Origin: an uncultured bacterium | GTDB lineage: Bacteria; CAYJRR01 | NCBI GenBank assembly: GCA_964372275.1 | Contig: CAYJRR010000047.1 | Location: forward strand, 1-32,145 | Length of the DNA stretch: 32,145 bases | Direction: 5' to 3' | In this document: in pieces, positions 1 to 8,393 of the stretch | Layout of the letters: the number at the start of each line of letters is the position of its first letter | Position numbering within the stretch: position 1 is the first letter of the stretch | Position numbers and translations under genes: made by a program | The notes under the pieces: generated by a model | What the model was told of the DNA's origin: nothing | Databases searched by the model: none | Seen by the model: only the letters and a program-made list of their open reading frames with translations

Positions 1-6
1 TATAAC

Positions 7-39
7 ACACTCGTTCCCCCCCCGACGCCCTTCCGATCT
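7..39 (+). other. Illumina TruSeq adapter remnant (technical artefact)
   Basis: Bases 7-39 (acactcgttccccccccgacgcccttccgatct) match ACACTCTTTCCCTACACGACGCTCTTCCGATCT at 28/33 positions without gaps, including the terminal CTTCCGATCT. Confidence 0.9.
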
Positions 40-41
40 GC

Positions 42-1481
42 CCCACCGGCGCGGTCGGGCCCGACGGCGTCGCCTGCGTCGGCGTCGATCCCGCCGGCGA
101 TCCGACCTGCTCGTCGAGTGACCCCGACCTTTCCCTCGTCGCCTTCGTCGAGGCGGCGAGCGAGCCGACCTCCTGGGCCAGCGTCGTCGGCGCCGACGCC
201 GCGACCCGGCTCGTGAACCTGGAGATCGTTCCCTCCTCGCAGTCGGGGTCGGCGATCCTCGTGCCGCGCACCATGGCGGAGGCGCCGATCGCGCTGCGGC
301 CGGCGCACGACGTCCAGAGCGGCGACTACCTCTCGCCGATCTTCGAGACCGGCGGCCTGCTGCACGCGTCGCTCGACGGGTCGGCGCAGTCGCCTCCCGG
401 TGAAGCGGGGGAGGTGGTCGTCTCCACGGCGGCGGACGCAGGGAAGTTCTGGGTCGTGGTCGACGAGCCGGCCGGCCCGCACCACCTCGTCCGGGGCGGC
501 GGGAGCGCCGGGTCGCCGGTGCTGGTCCGGTTCGCGCGGCCTCCCGGGAGCGCGCGCGTCGCGCAGGATCCGTCGTCGGGCGATCTCTGGACCGGCGATC
601 TGTTCGCGCGCGCCGTCTTCCGGGTGACGCCGTCCGGAGCGCGGGCCGACGTCTTCACCGAGGTGCGACCCGGCACCGGCGAGTTCCCGGAGCCGCTCGG
701 CCCGGTGTGGCAGGTGATCCCCGACCACGAGACCGGCCGCGTCTGGATCCTGCTCGGCGACTACGCGCGGGCGGAGCGGCTGCTGGTCGCCGATCCGGCC
801 GACCGGGGAGGGGTCGGACCGGTGCGGTCCAGCGACTTCGTCGACCTGACCATGGGCGGCGCCGAGACGATGGTGATCGCGGGTTTCCAGCCCCGCCCGT
901 CGAACGAGCCGGGTCGCCTGGTCGGGCTGTCGATCGACGAGGCCGACGGATCGGCGCGAATCCGGACCTTCTCCACCGACACCGACGACCGATGGGCGAT
1001 CGTCGAGGGTCCCGGGTACGGGCCGTGGTCGGTGTCCGGAGGGGCGGAGGACCTTTCGCTGGCGGTCGATCCGCACGACGGCGGGATCTGTGTCGCATCG
1101 CCGTCGGACACCTTCTCGGTGGTGGTGAAGAGGTTCGACGCCGATCTGCTCCCTTCGCCCGAATATTCGATCGGCGGCACGGTCGCGGTCCGTGCGTTGG
1201 CGGCGGCCGGCGGCGATTGCTGGGTCGGCGTCGGTGTCGGTTCGACCGAGTCGAAGGTGGCCGTGGTCCGCGCCGGTCTCGGTCCGATCGTTTCGGATCC
1301 ACTCGGAGGATCGGTCGCCGCGGTGGCGCCGCTCGCCGTGCCGCCGTCGCAAGGCGCTCCGGGCGAGGCATGGGCCACCGTCGACTCCGCCTTGGTCCAC
1401 CTCCGGCTCATCGCCCCGACCGGCCCGCTCGAGATCGGCGATCGCACGGAGATCGCGCCCGATCTCTCGCTCACTCAATAG
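42..1481 (+). CDS. 5'-truncated hypothetical protein, probably an extracellular beta-propeller (NHL/YVTN-like)
   Basis: The frame of ORF 213..1481 stays open back to the adapter junction (PTGAVGPDGVACVGVDPAGDPTC...). Blade-like repeats: VAQDPSSGDLWTGD, IPDHETGRVWIL, LAVDPHDGGICVA. Confidence 0.65.
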   Translation, partial: PTGAVGPDGVACVGVDPAGDPTCSSSDPDLSLVAFVEAASEPTSWASVVGADAATRLVNLEIVPSSQSGSAILVPRTMAEAPIALRPAHDVQSGDYLSPIFETGGLLHASLDGSAQSPPGEAGEVVVSTAADAGKFWVVVDEPAGPHHLVRGGGSAGSPVLVRFARPPGSARVAQDPSSGDLWTGDLFARAVFRVTPSGARADVFTEVRPGTGEFPEPLGPVWQVIPDHETGRVWILLGDYARAERLLVADPADRGGVGPVRSSDFVDLTMGGAETMVIAGFQPRPSNEPGRLVGLSIDEADGSARIRTFSTDTDDRWAIVEGPGYGPWSVSGGAEDLSLAVDPHDGGICVASPSDTFSVVVKRFDADLLPSPEYSIGGTVAVRALAAAGGDCWVGVGVGSTESKVAVVRAGLGPIVSDPLGGSVAAVAPLAVPPSQGAPGEAWATVDSALVHLRLIAPTGPLEIGDRTEIAPDLSLTQ

Positions 1482-1507
1482 CGCGCGCCGCCCTCGCCGG
1501 GGATTCG

Positions 1508-3058
1508 TTAGGGCGTTTGCGCGAGCACCTCGGCGGCGGCACGCTCGCCCGACTGGAGCGCCCCTTCGATGTAGCCGGTCCATTCGGTCGCCGTCTCGGT
1601 GGAGGCCCAGTGGATCCGTCCCTCCGGGCGGCGGAGCGCAGGCCCAAGGGAGGTCCAGACCCCGGGTGGGAAGTAGCCGAGGAAACAGCCGCGCGACCAC
1701 TCCTCGTCGGCCCAGGAGTGCTCCACGAAACGGGTCGGCGCTTCGGCCTTCGGTCCGAACAGCCGCGCGTATTCGGCGAGGACGGTCCGCCGGCGCTCTT
1801 CCGGAGGCAGCCGCCGCGCCTCTTCCGCGGCGCGCCCGACGCAGAAGCCGAGAAGGATTCCCGGCTTTCCGCCGGGGGGCGAGTTGTCGAACGTCGCGAA
1901 GACCGGGCCGTGCGTGGAGACCATCTGGCCGTTCAAGCCGTCGGCGCGCCAGAACGCCTCCGGATAGATCGTCATCGACTTGATCACCGAGCCCATCGGC
2001 ATCGACTGGGTCAGCTGATCGCGGTCGGCGGAGAGGACCGGCCGGTAGTCGATGCGGCCGGCGAGCGCGGGGGGGACGGCGACGATCGCCCGCGTGGCGG
2101 CGATCGTGGCCCCCGTTGCCGCGCGGACCACGACGCCGGCCACGTCCTGCGAGATCGACGCCACCGGTTGCGACAGGTGGATCGACGGGCCGATCGGCTC
2201 GGCGTAGCGGCGCATGAGCTCCCCCATCCCCCGCTCGAGGCGCTCCTGCTGGGCGCCGTTCTTCACCGCCAGCAGCGGGTCGAGGCCGCCGGCGGCACGG
2301 ATGAAGAAGAGCGCGTGGAGGAGCGAAACGCGCGCCGGGTCGGCCGCGAGCAACATCTCCAGTCCCCCCGAAAGGAGCGCCCTGGCGTCCGAGAAACGAA
2401 CGCTGCGCGAGAGCCACGTCGCGAGCGTCGTGGCGTCGAGCGTGCGCGCGCCGCGCGCCGTCCACGGCGTCTCCGGGTCGACGGCGCGGGCGAGGCGATC
2501 GAGCTTCGACATCGAGCTCCCCAGGCTCATCAGGGAGAGGATCCCGAGCTTGGGGATGGTGCCGGCGTAGGCCCGGCGGCGGCCGCGCATCTCCAGCAGC
2601 GCCTTCCCCTCGTCGTAGGTGGGGACGGTGGCGAGCCCAAGCTCCTTCGTCAGGCGCGTGATGCGTCGCTGCGTCGGCCCCAGGTACTGACCACCGACGT
2701 CGAGCGGCAGTCCGTCGAACGTCTCGGTGCAGGTGCGCCCGCCGATGCGGTCGCGCGCTTCGAGCACCGCCACGCGGCGGCCGGCGCCGGAGAGGATCCG
2801 CGCCGCGGCCAGCCCCGACGCGCCGGCGCCGACCACGACGACGTCGACGCGCTCGGGCAGCTCCCGGCCGGACGGCGCGATCGGCGGGACCGCCGTCGAC
2901 GCCGGTTCGGCGCGCGCGATTCCGGCGAGGAGATCCCAGGCGATCGGCGCGGCGGCGGCGGAAAGTGCGCGCGCGAGGAATACCCGGCGATCGACCGCCG
3001 ACGTGCGGTCGCGGGCGGGGTGTCGATGCCGGGCGGTGGGCGCTTTCTTCCTGCTCAT
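1508..3058 (-). CDS. Tat-exported flavin monoamine oxidase family protein
   Basis: ATG at 3058 overlaps the upstream TGA (ATGA). Twin-arginine signal DRRVFL...IARA. FAD-binding DVVVVGAGASGLAAA...LEARDRIGGR and DVGGQYLG. MAO-like C-terminus SRGCF...RIHWASTETATEWTGYIEGALQSGERAA. Confidence 0.92.
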   Translation of the reverse strand: MSRKKAPTARHRHPARDRTSAVDRRVFLARALSAAAAPIAWDLLAGIARAEPASTAVPPIAPSGRELPERVDVVVVGAGASGLAAARILSGAGRRVAVLEARDRIGGRTCTETFDGLPLDVGGQYLGPTQRRITRLTKELGLATVPTYDEGKALLEMRGRRRAYAGTIPKLGILSLMSLGSSMSKLDRLARAVDPETPWTARGARTLDATTLATWLSRSVRFSDARALLSGGLEMLLAADPARVSLLHALFFIRAAGGLDPLLAVKNGAQQERLERGMGELMRRYAEPIGPSIHLSQPVASISQDVAGVVVRAATGATIAATRAIVAVPPALAGRIDYRPVLSADRDQLTQSMPMGSVIKSMTIYPEAFWRADGLNGQMVSTHGPVFATFDNSPPGGKPGILLGFCVGRAAEEARRLPPEERRRTVLAEYARLFGPKAEAPTRFVEHSWADEEWSRGCFLGYFPPGVWTSLGPALRRPEGRIHWASTETATEWTGYIEGALQSGERAAAEVLAQTP

Positions 3059-5478
3059 GGGAGCCTCCGTGCGCGGATCCGCGTGGAGCCGTCGCGGTCG
3101 TCCTCGAAGAGCACCACCGCGCCGCCGCCGTCCGGCCGCGCGGCGAGCCGGGGTCGGGACTGCGAGACGGCCGCCGTCCCGGAGTCGTCGGCGCGCGCCG
3201 GCGTCGGATCGCCGTCGAGGGAGGAGAACGACAGCGCCGGCTTCGACGGTCCGGTGTCCTGGAAGACGACCACACGCCCCGACGCCGTCGCCGCGATCGA
3301 CGGGCGGAAGCGGCTGGCGAAGGCGCCGGTCTCGGCGCCGCCGGGGATGACGGGATCGAGGATCCAGGCGCCGCCGCCGGACGGGATCGTCGCGGAACGG
3401 ACGTCGGCGTGTCCCCGCCGCGCGCGCACCTCCTCCCACACGACGCTCACCTCGTCGCCGGTGGCGAGGACCGACGGATCGGACGCCAGCACCTCCACGC
3501 CGTTTCCGGAGGGGGAGACCGGCGCCGCGGCGCCGAAGGCGAACACGCCTCCCGTGCCGATCGCCGCCCAGACCGACCAATCGCGCGCGCGGTAGTCGAT
3601 CCAGGCGATCGCCGGGCCGGCGGGACCGAACGCCAGCGACGGCTGGACCTGCGACCCCTCGGGCCGCGACGTCTCGGCGTTCGACGGGTCGACGCGCAGA
3701 CTCTGGGCCCACGAGATCCCGCCGTCGGTGGAGACCGACGCGCGGACCTTCGGGGCCCAGGCACCCTCGCGGAAGTCGCACCAGGCGACGGCCAGGCGCA
3801 ACGACGTCCCCTGGAACGCGATCGACGGCATCCACTGCGTGGCGGTCACCGCCTCCACGTCGACCGCCGGCGCGAAGGAGGTGCCGCCGTCGAGCGAGGT
3901 CGCGACCCGGACGCGGTCCGACTCGCCGTCCTCCTGCCAGGCGAGAGCCACTCTCCCCGACGCGCCGGCGGCGATCGACGGCAATCGCTGGGCCGCCGTT
4001 CCCGTGCCGTCGACCTCGACCGACGCCGACCAGGTCGCGCCGGCGTCGTCGCTCGTCGCGAACCGGATCCGGGCGGTCCCGCTTCGCGTGTCGGTCCAGG
4101 CCGCGTAGAGCCGGCCCCCCGCGTCGTAGGCGGCGGTGGGGGACGACTGGTCCCCGCTCTCGGCCGGCGCGACCGCGGCGCTTTGGTTCGCCGCCGATTC
4201 GACGGCGATCGAGTCACGGCGAAGCGCGAGATCGGCGCCGATCACGGCGTCGGCGTATCGACCTTCGTCGGGATCCCCCGATCCGGCGAGAAGCGCCTCG
4301 CCCTGCTCGCGGAGGAGGGCGCGACGCTCCTCGAGCGAAAGGCTCGGGTCGTCGATCCCCGGATCGGGATGGGCCCAGGGGCCGATCGAACGCCAACCGG
4401 TCGATTCGAGGCTGCCCACGAATCCCGATGGCGCGTCGTCGGGGGAGGCCTTCACCGTGACCCACGGTTGGCCGTCGAACGCCTGGTCGAACAGGTTCCC
4501 GGCGAGCATCGGCGCGACGGTGGCGACGATCCCTCGATACTTCTGGTTCGCCGACCATCCGGACGCGAGGATCGCGTCCGGCTCCCAGACCCCGGGCATC
4601 TCCTCGATCGTCCACCCGCTCCACGCCTCCGGCTGCGCGAAGATCTCGGTCCCGAGCGTCTCGAGTCGTTGGGTGAACGGCGCGTAGAAGGCGTCACGCG
4701 AGATCGCCACACCGATCTTCGCGAACGGCGTCTCCAGGAGCGGCATCCGGTCGAGGCGTGCGCGCGACAGGTCGAGGATCTGTTCCTCCGGATCGGTGAG
4801 GTAGACCTTGTCGACCCGGCCGGCGAGCGCGCCGTCGGGGCCGTAGAGGAGCGCGGTGTTGTAGACCTCCGAGTCGTCCGCCACCCACGCCCCGTCGCCG
4901 CCGTCGAGGTCGGGGTCGGCGAGGAGCGCGACGAGCGCGGGGTCGGTCGTCCGGGTGGCGTAGGGGAGGTTCGCCCCGGTGATCACCCACGCCCCCGTCT
5001 CGAGGGCGATCCCGCCGAACGTCTCGTCCATCGCGCGGCGGGCCGGGTCGCCGAGCGCGAGCGTCAGCGCGCGCGCCGCCGAGATCGACGGGTCGCGGTC
5101 GAGATAGAACTGCGCCGCTCCGGACCACTGTCCGTAGATGTTGTAGAAGGCGACCTCGGAGTCCGTCTGTTGGCGCGCGTCGGATCCGCGCGTTCCCAGG
5201 AACCACGCCAGGAGCCCGGCGTCCTCGGGGAAGACGATCAGGTTGGGCCGGTCGTTCGCCAGGCAGGGTTCGATCTCGCCGAGATGCCGCCGCCACGAGC
5301 GCCGGAAGCTTCCGTAGGTCTCGGCGTCGTCGAGCGTGAAGCGGTGCACGACGGCGAAGACGCGAACGTCCCCGTCCCCCGAGAACGGGAGTTCGCAGCG
5401 AGCCTTCCGGCCGCCGCCGTCGCAGGCGGCGAGCGCCATGGCCGAAACGACGAGGGCGACCGATCGAAGGAGTTTCAT
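3055..5478 (-). CDS. Lipoprotein: nitrilase/carbon-nitrogen hydrolase domain (E-K-S triad) fused to a BNR/Asp-box beta-propeller
   Basis: Start MKLLRSVALVVSAMALAAC with lipobox LAAC. Nitrilase motifs LIVFPED, YNTALLYGPDG...DKVYL and GVAISRD. Asp-boxes SDDAGATW, SLDGGTSF and STDGGISW. Confidence 0.85.
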   Translation of the reverse strand: MKLLRSVALVVSAMALAACDGGGRKARCELPFSGDGDVRVFAVVHRFTLDDAETYGSFRRSWRRHLGEIEPCLANDRPNLIVFPEDAGLLAWFLGTRGSDARQQTDSEVAFYNIYGQWSGAAQFYLDRDPSISAARALTLALGDPARRAMDETFGGIALETGAWVITGANLPYATRTTDPALVALLADPDLDGGDGAWVADDSEVYNTALLYGPDGALAGRVDKVYLTDPEEQILDLSRARLDRMPLLETPFAKIGVAISRDAFYAPFTQRLETLGTEIFAQPEAWSGWTIEEMPGVWEPDAILASGWSANQKYRGIVATVAPMLAGNLFDQAFDGQPWVTVKASPDDAPSGFVGSLESTGWRSIGPWAHPDPGIDDPSLSLEERRALLREQGEALLAGSGDPDEGRYADAVIGADLALRRDSIAVESAANQSAAVAPAESGDQSSPTAAYDAGGRLYAAWTDTRSGTARIRFATSDDAGATWSASVEVDGTGTAAQRLPSIAAGASGRVALAWQEDGESDRVRVATSLDGGTSFAPAVDVEAVTATQWMPSIAFQGTSLRLAVAWCDFREGAWAPKVRASVSTDGGISWAQSLRVDPSNAETSRPEGSQVQPSLAFGPAGPAIAWIDYRARDWSVWAAIGTGGVFAFGAAAPVSPSGNGVEVLASDPSVLATGDEVSVVWEEVRARRGHADVRSATIPSGGGAWILDPVIPGGAETGAFASRFRPSIAATASGRVVVFQDTGPSKPALSFSSLDGDPTPARADDSGTAAVSQSRPRLAARPDGGGAVVLFEDDRDGSTRIRARRLP

Positions 5479-5524
5479 GGAGAGCTCCGGAAACGCGTAC
5501 CGATACGCGCCTCGCGCGGGTCCG

Positions 5525-6952
5525 TCAAAGCGGGGAATCGGTCGCACGTGGGACGTAGAGTACCGGTCGTTCGTTCCCCACCCGTTCCGGACACGCCGTT
5601 CGCACCGGGACGTATCCCTCGATCTCCAGCGGGTGGAAGAGAAGCAGCGCCGCGACCCGACCGTCACGCAGCCGCCGCCGCAGCGCATCACGCACGTCGG
5701 GCGGGCCGGAAAGGTACATCCAGAGATCGCTGAACCAGAGGGGCCGGGCCGCGTCATAGGCGACCGTCGGGTATTGGGTGGCGATCGGGTCCGCGGGCGG
5801 CACTCGGCGGGCGATCTCGTCCACCATGCACGGCTGCCACGTCGACATCGCGGATGCGTGACGCCGCTGCGCCAGGAGCTGCGGCCGTCCTTCGGCCGCG
5901 ACGTCGAGCAGCAGCAGCGACGCGACGAGACCGACCGCCACCCCCTTCTGACGCTCGCCGCCTCGCAACGCCACCTCCAGGCCGAGTGCCGCCACCCAGG
6001 CCAGGGCCACGGTCGATTCGGTGAAGTGGTTCACGCTCGCCCCCACGCGGCCGGCGGTGATCGCGTTGAGTGCGACCGAAAACGCCAGGTAGAGGAGCGG
6101 AAGGCGTCGCCGTTCGGATCGGTCGGCGACGGCGAACGACGCGCAGACGACCGCCGCCCACCACGACGGCCGCGACACGTTCACCAGGATCAGCGCCAGC
6201 GCGTGGCCGGGACGATACGGGGCCCCCGCGTGCACGCGGAGCGTGTAGAGGAGGTCGATCCCCGTTCCGGGATCGAGGACGGCCGCCAGCGCGGCCGCTC
6301 CGAGGCCGGCGGTTGCCACGAACGCGGCGAGGCCTTTCCACTCCCGGCGGGCGGCGAGCCACAGCACGGCGGTCGCCGGTCCGGCCACCAGGCTCGGCTT
6401 GACCAGGAGTGCGGCCAGCGCGAGCGCGCCACCGGCCGCGCCGCGCCGGACGGTGATCCGCTCCGGGGCGACCTGGAGCAGCGCGCCGAACGCGAACAGG
6501 GCGCCGACCAGGTCAGGACGGAGGATCCCGAGCCAGCGGGAAACGGCCGGCAGGGTGAGGAACAGGCACGCGCCGACCCAGGCGGCCACCGGTCTCGCGC
6601 CACGCTCGCGACCCGCGCGATAGATCGTTCCGGCGATCGCGAGCCCCGACACGGCGGACAGCGCCCTCGCCGGCCCGAATCCCGGACCGAACGCGCGGAA
6701 CAATCCCGCGATGCCGGCGTAGAAGAGAAGCCCGTAGGCGGCGAAGAGGTAGGGGGGCGTGAGCGCGGCCGACGGTCCGAAGATCGGTTCTCCGGCCGCG
6801 AGCGCCATCGCCGGCGGGAACGCCACGCCTTCCGAGCGGCCGAGGTCGAACGGCGCCGTGATCGATCCGATCGCCTGGAGCAGCACCGTCCCCACCGCGA
6901 GCGAGGACGGAACGACCAGCGCGATTCGAAGGCGGCGAACGGAGCGGGACAC
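5525..6952 (-). CDS. Polytopic membrane glycosyltransferase, GT-C fold (ArnT/GT39/GT87-like)
   Basis: Many hydrophobic segments, an acidic first loop (FDLGRSEG) followed by PPYLFAAYGLLFY and ARALS, then RPD and KPS motifs typical of ArnT/PMT-like proteins. GTG start. Confidence 0.7.
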   Translation of the reverse strand: MSRSVRRLRIALVVPSSLAVGTVLLQAIGSITAPFDLGRSEGVAFPPAMALAAGEPIFGPSAALTPPYLFAAYGLLFYAGIAGLFRAFGPGFGPARALSAVSGLAIAGTIYRAGRERGARPVAAWVGACLFLTLPAVSRWLGILRPDLVGALFAFGALLQVAPERITVRRGAAGGALALAALLVKPSLVAGPATAVLWLAARREWKGLAAFVATAGLGAAALAAVLDPGTGIDLLYTLRVHAGAPYRPGHALALILVNVSRPSWWAAVVCASFAVADRSERRRLPLLYLAFSVALNAITAGRVGASVNHFTESTVALAWVAALGLEVALRGGERQKGVAVGLVASLLLLDVAAEGRPQLLAQRRHASAMSTWQPCMVDEIARRVPPADPIATQYPTVAYDAARPLWFSDLWMYLSGPPDVRDALRRRLRDGRVAALLLFHPLEIEGYVPVRTACPERVGNERPVLYVPRATDSPL

Positions 6953-7101
6953 CCGGTGACGCCGATGATAGCGGAACGCCCGGCGAGCCGCCGGTGCCGC
7001 CGCGCGCGCGGCATGATCGCGAAGCGCTTGCCCGCGAACGCGCGGCGCGGTAGCAACCTGTTTCGGCGTGCCCTTTGCGGGGCGCCGAAGCCGGAGGTTC
7101 C

Positions 7102-8391
7102 ATGGCCGCCCGAAGAGTCGCCATCGTCGATGGAGTCCGAACGCCGTTCGCCCGCGCGTTCGGCGTCTACAAGAAGCTGCCGGCGGCCGAGCTGGGACGG
7201 ATGGCCGCCACCGAGCTCCTGAATCGCACCGAGCTCGATCCGGAGGAGGTCGACAACGTGGTCTTCGGCTGCACGCTCGCGCCGACGAGCGGTCCGAACG
7301 TGGCGCGCGAGGTGCAGTTCCGCACCGGGATCCGCCGATCGGCGGCCGCCCACACCGTGCAGATGTACTGCGCGTCCGGCGCGCGCGCGATCGTCGACGG
7401 ATGCCACGAGATCTTGAGCGGCGACGCCGACGTGGTGGTCGCGGGCGGGGTCGATTCGACCTCGTCGATGCGGGCGCTGTTCTCCGAGCCGCTCACCGAC
7501 GCCCTGCAGAAGGCCTCCAAGGCCAAGACATTGGGAAGCCGCGTCGCCGCCTTCAAGGGGATCCGTCCCAAGCACCTGGCGCCGGTCGTCCCCGGCCTCG
7601 ACGAGCCGACCACCGGGCTCACCATGGGGCAGAGCGCCGACCGTCTGGCGAAGGAGGCGGGCATCTCCCGCCACGACCAGGACGAGTGGGCGCTGACCTC
7701 CCACCGGCGCGCGGCCAAGGCGACGGCGGAAGGCCGGCTGAAGAAGGAGATCGTGGCGGCGGTGGTGCCGCCGAAGTTCGATCAACCGCTGGAGAGCGAC
7801 ACCGACATCCGCGCCGACGGCTCGATGGAGAAGCTGGCGGGCTTGAAGCCGGTGTTCGACCGGCGCTACGGCACGGTGACGGCGGGGAACGCCAGCCCCC
7901 TGACCGATGGCGGCGCGGCGGTGCTCTTGATGAGCGACGAGAAGGCGAAGGCGCTGGGATACCGGCCCAAGGGCTACTTCCGGGCCTACGGGCAGGCGGG
8001 GCTCGACCTGGCGAAGGAGCCGCTGCTGATGGGACCGGCCTACGCCACGCCGATCGCCCTCTCCAAGGCGGGGATGAAGCTCTCCGACATCGACTACATC
8101 GAGATGCACGAGGCGTTCGCCGCGTCGGTGTTGGCGGCGATCCGCGCCCTGGAGTCGCCCCGCTTCGCCGAGGAGAAGCTGGGCCGCGCCGGCGCGGTCG
8201 GGAAGATCGATCTCGAGGCGCTCAACGCCAACGGCGGCTCGATCGCGTTGGGACATCCCTTCGGCGCGACCGGGGCGCGGCTGGTGATGACGCTGTTGAA
8301 CGAAATGATTCGTCGGAAGGTGTCGACCGGCATGGCGACGATGTGCGCCGCGGGTGGGCTGGGCTTGAGCGTCATCGTGGAGCGGGAGTGA
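7102..8391 (+). CDS. fadI: Acetyl-CoA C-acyltransferase (3-ketoacyl-CoA thiolase), FadI/TFE-beta type
   Basis: GGAGG just before ATG 7102. Motifs GVRTPF, MYCASG, TAGNASPLTDGG, MHEAFA (HEAF variant of FadI/TFE-beta), GHPFGATG and TMCAAGG. Confidence 0.93.
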   Translation: MAARRVAIVDGVRTPFARAFGVYKKLPAAELGRMAATELLNRTELDPEEVDNVVFGCTLAPTSGPNVAREVQFRTGIRRSAAAHTVQMYCASGARAIVDGCHEILSGDADVVVAGGVDSTSSMRALFSEPLTDALQKASKAKTLGSRVAAFKGIRPKHLAPVVPGLDEPTTGLTMGQSADRLAKEAGISRHDQDEWALTSHRRAAKATAEGRLKKEIVAAVVPPKFDQPLESDTDIRADGSMEKLAGLKPVFDRRYGTVTAGNASPLTDGGAAVLLMSDEKAKALGYRPKGYFRAYGQAGLDLAKEPLLMGPAYATPIALSKAGMKLSDIDYIEMHEAFAASVLAAIRALESPRFAEEKLGRAGAVGKIDLEALNANGGSIALGHPFGATGARLVMTLLNEMIRRKVSTGMATMCAAGGLGLSVIVERE

Positions 8392-8393
8392 AC

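Noticed and set aside
7061-7090. Hairpin ttcggcg...cgccgaa upstream of the fadI RBS as a riboswitch or operator
   Set aside because: A single short GC stem that does not cover the RBS and resembles no family I recognise.
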